Source of the DNA: Rebecca billardiae RCC1528 | Taxonomy: Eukaryota; Protista; Haptophyta | Direction: 5' to 3' | Length of the DNA stretch: 64,000 nt | NCBI GenBank assembly: GCA_965240325.2 | Contig: OZ251226.1 | Coordinates: 992,001-1,056,000 of the forward strand | Notes under the pieces: generated by a model | Told to the model about the DNA's origin: nothing | The model's database searches: none | What the model saw: the letters and a program-made list of their open reading frames with translations, nothing else | Part shown: in pieces, positions 19,539 through 28,124 of the stretch | Layout: each line of letters opens with the position of its first letter | Position numbering within the stretch: the first letter of the stretch is position 1 | Made by a program: the position numbers and the translations under genes

Positions 19539-21659
19539 ATGGACGCGCGCACGTTCGATGCACGCGCGGTCTTCGCGCGCACGCTTCGTGGCATCGAGCG
19601 CGACGAGGGCTCTATCGCAGCCTTCGCCCTCTCGAACGGCCTGGAGTACTTTGGCCTCACGCGCGTTCCGGGCGGCGTGTGCTATCGCGAGTGGGCGCCA
19701 GCGGCAGTCAGCGTCGCGCTGATTGGCGACTTCAACGGGTGGCGAGCGCACGACGAGCACCGCTGCGCGCGCAACGCGTGGGGTGTGTGGGAGCTCTTCC
19801 TGCCCGACGTCGCCGGCCGCCCCGCGATCGCCCACGGCTCGCGCGTGAAGGCGCTGGTCGGCGTGTGCGACGCCTCCTGCAAGGCCACGGCATCTGCGCG
19901 GCCCTCGGACGAGCCAGCGCGCGTGGTGGCGCGCATCCCGGCGTGGATCCAGCGCACACACCGCGACCCAACGTCGGGGGGCTTCAGCGGCGTGTACGTC
20001 GACCCGCACGAGCAGCCGTACGCGTGGCTTCACCCGCGGCCGCCGCGGCCGGGCACGCTCAAGATTTACGAGGCGCATGTGGGCATCTCCTCGGGCGAGG
20101 AGCGCATCGCCTCGTGGGAGCACTTCCGCGTGCACGTGCTGCCGCGCGTGGCTGCGCTCGGGTACACCGCGCTGCAGCTCATGGCGGTGCAGGAGCACGG
20201 CTGCTACGAGTCGTTTGGGTACCACGTCACTTCCTTCTTTGCGCCCGCGTGCCGCTTCGGACCGGCCGACGAGCTGAAGCGGCTGATCGACGCGGCGCAC
20301 GGGCTCGGGCTGCTCGTGCTGATGGACGTGGTGCACTCGCACGCGAGCGCGAACGCGACCGAGGGCCTCTCGCGCTTCGACGGCTCCTCGGGCGGCTACT
20401 TCCACTCGGGGCCGCGCGGCCACCACGGCGTGTGGGGCTCTCGCCTGTTCGCGTACGGCCGGACTGAGGTGCTGCGCTTCCTCCTCGCGAACGCGCTGCA
20501 CTACGCGCGCGAGTACCGGTTCGACGGGTTCCGCTTCGACGCGGTCACGACGATGCTGTACGCCCCGCAGGGGCTCGCGCGTAAGCTCGCGAGCTCGCAG
20601 CCCCTGTGCGCGGGCGCGGGCGGCGCGCACGTTCCGTCGAGCGCTGCGCACGCCGCCGGCCACCGCACGGGCACGGCCGTGCACGTGGACCTCGACGCGG
20701 TGGTCTACCTCATGCTGGCCAACTGGGCGCTGCACGACGGCTACGCGATGTTCGGGCTCGAGGCGCCGCTGATCACCGTGGCCGAGGAGTGCACGGGCTG
20801 GCCAGGGCTGTGCCAGCCCCCGGCCCGCGGCGGGCTGGGCTTCGATTATCGGCTGAGCATCGGGGTGCCGCCGATGTGGGAGGCGGTGGCGTCGCGGCAC
20901 GCGCCCGGGCGCTGGCCGCTGCAGCAGGTGGCGACCGAGCTGTGCAAGCGGCGGCCGGCCGAGCCGACCATCGCGTACGCCGAGTGCCACGACCAGTCGC
21001 TCGTGGGCGCGCAGACGCTCGCCTTCAGGCTGATGGGCGCGGACATGTACACTCACATGACGCGGCTCGCGGCGCCGACGGCCAAGGTCGAGTTCGGCCT
21101 CGGCGCGCTCAAGATCATCCGGCTGCTCACGTCCGCGCTGGGCGGCGACGGGTACCTGAACTTCATGGGCAACGAGTTCGGCCACCCGGAGTGGGTGGAC
21201 TTCCCGCGCGTCGGGAACGGCTGGTCTGCCGCGCACGCGCGCCGCCGATGGGACCTCGTCGATGACGAGCTGCTGCGGTACAGGGGGCTGCAGGCGTTCG
21301 ACGCGGCCATGCACGCCGCGGAGGCGGGGCTGGGCTGGCTGGCCGCGCCGCACGCCAGCATCCTGTGCGTGGACGAGCCGAACCAGCTCCTCGCCTTCGA
21401 GCGCGCCGGCTTGCTCTTCGTCGCGAACGCGCACCCGACGCACTCGGCACATGAGTACGTGGCGCGCGGCGCTCGGGCCGAGTACGGGGCCGCGGCCGAG
21501 CTGATTCTGAACTCGGATGCGCTGGAATTCGGTGGCCGCGCTCGGCCAGCGTCGCTGCGCGCGGCACCAGGGGGTGAGCCGGGCTGCGTCGTCTTCGGTG
21601 CACCTCCCGCCACGATCGCCGTCTTCGCTGCCGTTGGCACGCTGCAAGCTGCTGGGTGA
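19539..21659 (+). CDS. GBE1: 1,4-alpha-glucan branching enzyme (GH13, eukaryotic GBE1/SBE type)
   Basis: REWAPAA (CBM48), IYEAHVG, FGYHVTSFFAP, MDVVHSHAS, FDGFRFDAVT (nucleophile D), VAEE (acid/base E), YAECHDQ, YLNFMGNEFGHPEWVDFPR. Confidence 0.93.
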   Translation: MDARTFDARAVFARTLRGIERDEGSIAAFALSNGLEYFGLTRVPGGVCYREWAPAAVSVALIGDFNGWRAHDEHRCARNAWGVWELFLPDVAGRPAIAHGSRVKALVGVCDASCKATASARPSDEPARVVARIPAWIQRTHRDPTSGGFSGVYVDPHEQPYAWLHPRPPRPGTLKIYEAHVGISSGEERIASWEHFRVHVLPRVAALGYTALQLMAVQEHGCYESFGYHVTSFFAPACRFGPADELKRLIDAAHGLGLLVLMDVVHSHASANATEGLSRFDGSSGGYFHSGPRGHHGVWGSRLFAYGRTEVLRFLLANALHYAREYRFDGFRFDAVTTMLYAPQGLARKLASSQPLCAGAGGAHVPSSAAHAAGHRTGTAVHVDLDAVVYLMLANWALHDGYAMFGLEAPLITVAEECTGWPGLCQPPARGGLGFDYRLSIGVPPMWEAVASRHAPGRWPLQQVATELCKRRPAEPTIAYAECHDQSLVGAQTLAFRLMGADMYTHMTRLAAPTAKVEFGLGALKIIRLLTSALGGDGYLNFMGNEFGHPEWVDFPRVGNGWSAAHARRRWDLVDDELLRYRGLQAFDAAMHAAEAGLGWLAAPHASILCVDEPNQLLAFERAGLLFVANAHPTHSAHEYVARGARAEYGAAAELILNSDALEFGGRARPASLRAAPGGEPGCVVFGAPPATIAVFAAVGTLQAAG

Positions 21660-22543
21660 GCCACGCTCGGCTGGCGGGGCCACCGCTGCCACGGCAATCG
21701 CCATGACTCGGCATGCTCGAGCTGCGTTGACGTTCCTGGACGACATCCGCCAACACGACATCGCGTCGTCGATCGCGCGTGTCAGAGCTGATCAAGAGCA
21801 GCACGGCATCGAGTCTCGAGAGTCTCAGTCCTAATCAGAAGAAGTATGTCGCATGAGTCCGATGGCGATGCTGAGCAGCACCTGCGCTGGTCATTCCGCT
21901 ATAACTCGGGCTGTGAGTCGGGCGGCTGACTACAGTACTGATGTTATTAATATACGGCTACTACAGTCTACACAGGTTATTACTCGTAGTCAGGACGACT
22001 CGTCGTGACAGGTAGTCTGTTAGTATCACTTAGTTCCGCGCAGCACCATATGCATTGTAGCGCAGCTACGGAATCTCAGGAATATACTACGACTAGCCTA
22101 TTACTTGCTGCTATACCCAGAGGCCAGCGCAGATGACCGTCCATCAGTGTGAGTGAGTCCGCTGCCTGACCGAGTATGTATGACATCAGGAATCTTCAGG
22201 TCCTCACTACGAGTTCGTTCAGTGATGATGTCAATTCAGCAGTAGTCGCGTCGTTCGGACGATCGTCGGATTCGGAGAGTGACTGCTGACAGTATAGCGC
22301 TACCGCCGCTACTGTAGTACGCGCAATGCTCCGAAAACTCGCTGCATACCGCCGCTACGGTACGCGCACTCAAAACTCGCTGCTGCTGCGAGTCTGATAG
22401 CTACTACTCTGTACTCAGTCAGCTAATATAAGTCAGGAGTGCACTGAGTGACGTATTAGAGTCTGAGTCTGCTGATGGGTATAGCGTCGGAGTCACGCAC
22501 TGACAGAGCCGATGACGTCATGCAGTCAACGACGATGTCGTCG

Positions 22544-23596
22544 TCACCGCCGGTGTGCCATCGGCTGCGCCTGATGGTTCGGCACGCTCGCAACGTTGGT
22601 GGCGTTCGCTCTGACGCCGCATGCGCGCATTCGCACCTCGAGCAGGCGGCGGCAGAGGACGTACAGCCTCTCATCCCAGTACAGCTGCGCCTTGATTTCG
22701 CGCAGGGTCGAGGGCGATGGCTTCGTGTCGAGGTGCGTGGCACCCGGGTTCGTGTGCATCCGCGCGTACATGCTCACGTCCACGCCGCCAAAGAAGGACG
22801 GCAGCATGTGCTGCAGCAAGCGCAGCGAGGGCTCAAACTGCTCGAGCACGCCCACCCACAGGTACGCGTGCAGCACGTGCTCGCGTGCGAGCTCGTACCG
22901 CCTCTTCAGGTCGTTCGTGTGGCACACGGGGTCCTTGATGCCGCAAAACACATTCACGAGGAAGCCGGGCCCAGGGAAGAAGTACTTGAGCGCCCCGGGC
23001 TGGTAGGTGATGTTCCACTGCTTCCACGCGTCGTCGATGGAGTTCTTGCAGAAGTGCGGGATGGTGTGCGGCAGGTGGCGGAGCTCAGGCGCACCCCCGC
23101 GGCAGGCGGCAATGAAGCCGCACGTGCAGTCGCGCTGGTAGTAGTACAGGCTGCTGAAGAGCTTTGACGGCTCGCGCACCACGTTGATCCAGACAAGCAG
23201 GTTGTTGGGCAGCGGGCTGATGTCCGCGTACCACGTGTGCGCGTCGTACAGCGAAGGCAGCGGCTCGTTCAGGCGCTTCTCAATCCACTTGTTGTAGAGC
23301 GCGGGCGTGTGCATTCGAGGGAACGTGCCGGGCTCGTGCGAGATCGTGAAAGGGTTCGCCTTCGCAGCTTGCATGATCATGGACAGCATGGTGACCGAGC
23401 CAGCCTTGGCGACGCGGTTGTAGATGACGTGCTGGGGAGCCACGTAGCGCGTGCACTCCGTCTCGGCGGCGAGGGCCGCCTCATCGGCAGCGTCAAGCGT
23501 CACCCTCGGGCCCACTGCGGCTGCGCCGTGAGCCGCCCGAGGCGACGCCAGCACGATGAGCGCCAACGTCGAGAGCGGTCCTTGGCCCGCCGCCAT
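22544..23596 (-). CDS. Sulfotransferase, heparan-sulfate/uronyl 2-O-sulfotransferase-like
   Basis: 5'-PSB YNRVAKAGSVT, 3'-PB VVREP...SLYYY, and YLWVGVLE. Hydrophobic N-terminal signal from Met at 23596 (alternative start 23647). Confidence 0.82.
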   Translation of the reverse strand: MAAGQGPLSTLALIVLASPRAAHGAAAVGPRVTLDAADEAALAAETECTRYVAPQHVIYNRVAKAGSVTMLSMIMQAAKANPFTISHEPGTFPRMHTPALYNKWIEKRLNEPLPSLYDAHTWYADISPLPNNLLVWINVVREPSKLFSSLYYYQRDCTCGFIAACRGGAPELRHLPHTIPHFCKNSIDDAWKQWNITYQPGALKYFFPGPGFLVNVFCGIKDPVCHTNDLKRRYELAREHVLHAYLWVGVLEQFEPSLRLLQHMLPSFFGGVDVSMYARMHTNPGATHLDTKPSPSTLREIKAQLYWDERLYVLCRRLLEVRMRACGVRANATNVASVPNHQAQPMAHRR

Positions 23597-23702
23597 GCGT
23601 GCCCGCGCCTTTCCGCCCGGCACGCTCTCGCGGACAGCATTGTGCATTTACTTGTATCAACCAAGAAGTCCAAGACCCCCCACCGGCCACCGGTCGGCCA
23701 CG

Positions 23703-24575
23703 ATGGCGACGCCAGCCATGATATCCGCAGCGCAGTCCGACCCGTTGTGGGCCGACGCCCTGCGCCGATTGGACGCAGGCGAGTCTGCCGCGTCGATCCT
23801 CGGCGAATCTGCGCGAGCTGTGCTCGCAGGTGGGACTCAGCTCGACGCTGCGCGCAGCCCGATCAATCACCTGCACATGCAGATTGGCGACGAGGTCATC
23901 AGCATGCACGTGCCCCTCCCGTTGGCGCCGAGCTTTCAGCGACCGCTCCCACCGGTATTGGTGATACCCGGAGCATCCTGGGCGGACACTGGGCTCGGGC
24001 CACACTTCATCGGCGCCGAGGAGGTCTACGGCCAGGCTTTCCCCGACGATGAGCGAGACACGGCGGTCATGGCGGCTGAAGGCGCGTGGGAGTCGGCACT
24101 TGCTTCAACGGAGTGGGAAAGGGGCGAGTTGGTCGACGACGCGGTGGTGCGCACGCTTCTGGCAGTGCCATCCGCGCGCTCTCGGGCACTCATGGCTAGC
24201 CTAAGTGCCGCAGATGCGGACCACCCGCAGCGTGGCCGCAGCTTTGCGTGCGCGGCGCTGCAGCGCCTTGTGCCGCTGGCTTGCGAGCACATGGCAGGCG
24301 AGTTGGGCGCCGCATTGCCAGTGCGTGTGGTAGACCTGATACAGGCTCTGCTGCTCGTCAGTGGCGCACTCGAGCTAGCCCCTGACGACTTTGAGGCCTT
24401 TCTGGAGCTGCTGGGACTCCCGGGCTGCGCGTTCGGCGACGACCGCAGTCGACCTTCAGCGAGCCCGCAGTCGGCTACCGACCCGGATGGCCAGCGCGAG
24501 GCCGGACTTGCCGAGGCAATAGGGCACGTCGTGGTGGCGACATACCTCGAACGCCACTACGATTTCGCGGGTTGA
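23703..24575 (+). CDS. Hypothetical protein
   Basis: 290-aa ATG-initiated ORF with natural, helical, acidic composition; divergent from the sulfotransferase; no motif recognised. Confidence 0.6.
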   Translation: MATPAMISAAQSDPLWADALRRLDAGESAASILGESARAVLAGGTQLDAARSPINHLHMQIGDEVISMHVPLPLAPSFQRPLPPVLVIPGASWADTGLGPHFIGAEEVYGQAFPDDERDTAVMAAEGAWESALASTEWERGELVDDAVVRTLLAVPSARSRALMASLSAADADHPQRGRSFACAALQRLVPLACEHMAGELGAALPVRVVDLIQALLLVSGALELAPDDFEAFLELLGLPGCAFGDDRSRPSASPQSATDPDGQREAGLAEAIGHVVVATYLERHYDFAG

Positions 24576-24996
24576 CGACGATGGCCTGATGACCATTGCG
24601 ACGTCGTCTTAGACACTCGCTGTGTCGTCTCCAGCTTTCTGCAACTCATCAGAGCATTATCAGTGAGACTGCTCGTCAGACTAGGAGCTCAAGCCTCAAG
24701 AGTCAAGAGCTGAGTTGAGAGCAGAGAGCGGCGGTTGGCCAAAAGGGGCGGTTGCTCACCAAACCACGGCCATCCGCCGAGTCCAGTCCGGCCGGGCGGC
24801 CGGGCGGCGGGTGCGCAGCCCCCCCCCCCCCCCCCCCCCCGGCCCGGCCTGACCAAAGGACCATTCCTTTGGCCTGACAAGCTGGTTGCGAGCGCTTGCT
24901 CACTTGCGCAGCGAGAATCTTTTCGCTCGTCCGGAGAGCTCGCCGGTGGGCACGACGCGCGCGCGCGTGTGGGTCGCTCGGCACCCGCTTGGACCG

Positions 24997-25752
24997 ATGG
25001 CGAGCTCGTCTGCCACGGACAAGGCCGAGGCGCTATTGAAGCAGCAGGTTGCAAGCAACGCGTCGAACACGGCGCGGAAGGAGGCCTCCAAGGTGACGGA
25101 CTGGCTGAAAGAGGGTCCGTTCGCGCTCAAGGCCCTCGCATTCCTCGTGTGCGCTGCATCGGTCGTCGTCTCCGTACTCAACATCCTCGGCAACCTGCTG
25201 AACCCATTCAAGCTGGTGATCTGCGTGTATGCGGGGTTCTTCGCTCTGATCGGCATGGTGCTTGAGGTGAAACCCGTGATGTGCACGAGGCGCTGCAAGA
25301 CGTCGATCGAATTCTGGGCCAAAATGCTCAGCCGCGTGTGGGGCCGGTCGTTGTTCTACATGCTGGTGGCTGCCATGCAGTTGAGCCAGGGCTCGATCCT
25401 GTCGTATGTCTGCGCTGGGGGGCTTGTCATCGTATCCGGCCTCTCCATGATTGTCTCGCGTGCCGCGGCAAACAAGCTGAAGGGGTTGCACCGTGTTCTG
25501 ATCAAGACTGCTGGCGAGCAGGACGAAGCCAAGATCCGCGCAAAGTTCAACGAGCTCGACCGCGACAAGAGCGGCTCCCTCGACGCATCTGAGCTGGCTG
25601 TGCTCGCCTCGTCGTTGGGGGCCGACTTCACGCGAGACGAGATCTCAGCGGTCTTTGAAGTGCTTGACCGCGATTCGTCCGGCAAGATCGACTATGAGGA
25701 ATTCACGGCGTGGTGGCGCGGGGACCGGGAAGGCGCCTACACGTGCGTCTGA
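24997..25752 (+). CDS. COPI-associated (TVP15-like) multi-pass membrane protein with two C-terminal EF-hands
   Basis: 3-4 hydrophobic helices with a WGRSLFY motif; canonical EF loops DRDKSGSLDASE and DRDSSGKIDYEE. Confidence 0.82.
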   Translation: MASSSATDKAEALLKQQVASNASNTARKEASKVTDWLKEGPFALKALAFLVCAASVVVSVLNILGNLLNPFKLVICVYAGFFALIGMVLEVKPVMCTRRCKTSIEFWAKMLSRVWGRSLFYMLVAAMQLSQGSILSYVCAGGLVIVSGLSMIVSRAAANKLKGLHRVLIKTAGEQDEAKIRAKFNELDRDKSGSLDASELAVLASSLGADFTRDEISAVFEVLDRDSSGKIDYEEFTAWWRGDREGAYTCV

Positions 25753-25842
25753 CTCTGAGGCTGTATGAGTGAATCAGACTCAGAAGACAGATCGAGGTGC
25801 CTGGCCTTGAACCGCAGCGTAGATCTGTATGGTGTGAGTCGT

Positions 25843-27627
25843 TATGGCCCGCGGTGCAGGGCGGAGCGCGCAGCGTGGAGCCCGCACCAGCGGGCCCGAA
25901 CCACGTTTCAAAAAGATCTTTGATCAGCAAGAAAAAGGGACGGGGGCCGATTTTTAGGGCTGGCGGAGACCGAATTTCGATTTTTGAGATCGCAGTAGAG
26001 AGGTCTATCCCGGTCGAAATGACCGCGCCCACAGATTTCGCCTATTCAATCGTGGACGGCCGGGCGTGAGATTCCGTCAGGTTGTGTGAAGTTGGACGGT
26101 TACAAGTTCGATACAACATCACCCCCTTTCGAGGCTATTTTCGTCTTGGCATTCAAGGAGCGACGCGACGTTTGATGATCAAATGTTGATCGCGCAACCA
26201 CAACGCAATCTTCATACTATCTCGTCCCTTGATGAATACTGGATACGGCCTTCTGAGCTCTGGAGTAGTGGAGTCGTCGCCTCGCCGCCTCGGCCACTGC
26301 CAGCACAGCCGAACGAAAGCGAACGGAGGCCGAGCGGCGGCCCGCTGCGGCAGCGCACGATCGTTCAATCCGACGGACTCAGCGCAGGTGCGCGCTGCTG
26401 CGGCGGGTATCCCGACGGTCGTCAGCGTCGCTTTCGTGCCCGCTCACCCCGCGCGCCCCGCCCTGCCGATCCCTCTTCGGCCCAGTCAGTGCGGTTTCCA
26501 ACCGAGCACCGGACCGCGGACACGAATCGATGTCGACGCTCGCGCGCGGAGAGCAGTCGGCGACGGTACGAGGAGGAGACCGCGGGGCATCCTAACGCGT
26601 GAATCCATGCGCGCGCCCGCGCGCGCCACGCCGCACGCCGCGCAGCTGAACTCTCGGCATGTTCAAGCGCGGGCGGTCGCGAGGACGTCGCGGTTCAGCC
26701 GCGTCTCGCCGAGCCTGATCTGCAGTGCGGAGCCTTGCGCTCGCGCGCGGAGAGCAGTCGGCGACGGTACGAGGAGGAGACCGCGGGGCATCCTAACGCG
26801 TGAATCCATGCGCGCGCCCGCGCGCGCCACGCCGCACGCCGCGCAGCTGAACTCTCGGCATGTTCAAGCGCGGGCGGTCGCGACGACGTCGCGGTTCAGC
26901 CGCGTCTCGCCGAGCCTGATCTGCAGTGCGGAGCCTTCGCCTGATCCAGTCGGCGTGGTGCGAGCGGGTAGTCTTGGACGTTTTGTCGGGATGTGGAGCA
27001 GCCACCACGGCCATCTCGCTCGCCCAAGCCCTCGCTCGCGCCGTCCATGGCCGAGCTGTGATGGCTCATCCGCGTGCGGCGTGCTGACTGACTGGAGCCT
27101 CTGGCTGCACATGATGCAGCGGCGCGGCAAGCAGCGCGCGCAGATCTGCGGGCGACGAGACTGGGCGAGTCCGAGTCGCAGCACGAGCTGGACCACGCGC
27201 ACATCCTTTTTGCTCTCGTCCGCCGCATCCGAGCTGTCTCGAGTCTCGACGGCTTGACTGGCGCATGGGCGGGCGTTTCGCGCGCGAGCTCGGAGCTCGG
27301 ACTGCGCGCTGACCGTGAGCGGCGGCTCTCACTCACTCAGTGACTGAGAGCCAGCTCTGGCGCTGATGGGCACGACGGATGCCTGACTGCCTGACACGAG
27401 AGCCACAGGCTGATCTGCGAGCGGCGAGTCCGCGCGACGATGGCGAGGTTAGTGGCCGATAAGTGCGACTCCGGGGCGACGCCGCGGCTGTGTGAGTGTC
27501 CGTGGTGGTCGGACGGAGCGGGTGGCACACCGCACAGACTGTCAGACGGCCGGCACAGACAGACTCTGCACCGCGGGCCCCCAACTACGTTGGTTCTGAC
27601 GGAAGAGGACCGCGGAACGCGGTCATA
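25843..27627 (+). mobile_element. Helitron2/Helentron-like non-autonomous element, subfamily B (copy B2)
   Basis: Perfect 14-bp asymmetric IR: GGCCCGCGGTGCAG (25846-25859) and CTGCACCGCGGGCC (27566-27579). CCAAC-TAC-GTTGG 27581-27593; GACCGCG-GAA-CGCGGTC 27608-27624. Ends shared with B1; no long TSD. Confidence 0.72.
26537..26937 (+). repeat. 201-bp tandem duplication inside B2
   Basis: GCTCGCGCGCGGAGAGCAGTCGGCGACGG... starts at both 26538 and 26739. Confidence 0.92.
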
Positions 27628-28124
27628 GTTGATGCCTGACGATGTAAAATATATACTACGCTTGGCAACTGCTGATGGACATCGCATCGACACGCGGCAC
27701 GCCGCTTAGAAGCGCTGTCTGAAGCGCAGCAGAATGACGTAGGCTGTAGTTTATATATATATACAGAGTAGTAGCCAGTAGTAGGACTTCCGAGTTCCGC
27801 CCAGTTCATCCGGGACCGGTAGGCGGTACTCGTCTGAGTCGGCTTACTAATACTACTACATCATCTGCTATATCGGCATCATAGTTATTATTCCATGCGC
27901 ATGCTGATCCTGATGGCCGAGCCGACAGCACTCAGCACTGCCCCGCGAGGCCGCGACCGCCGCGGCACCGCCTGTCCGCCATCGGGTGATCGGCCATGCA
28001 ACTTGCAAGGCCCGCATGCAACGCAGAGGCGCAGAGGGCACTCGTCAGTGGCACTCGTGAATCGTGTCGATCGTCCGTCCGGGCCGCCGTCAGCTGACGG
28101 AGATCGACGATGATACATAGAAGG

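Noticed and set aside
19311-21761. 816-aa minus-strand ORF
   Set aside because: Antisense to the branching enzyme; Arg/Ala-rich with no motifs.
24819-24840. Poly-C tract of ~22 nt
   Set aside because: Simple homopolymer of uncertain length; no function can be inferred.
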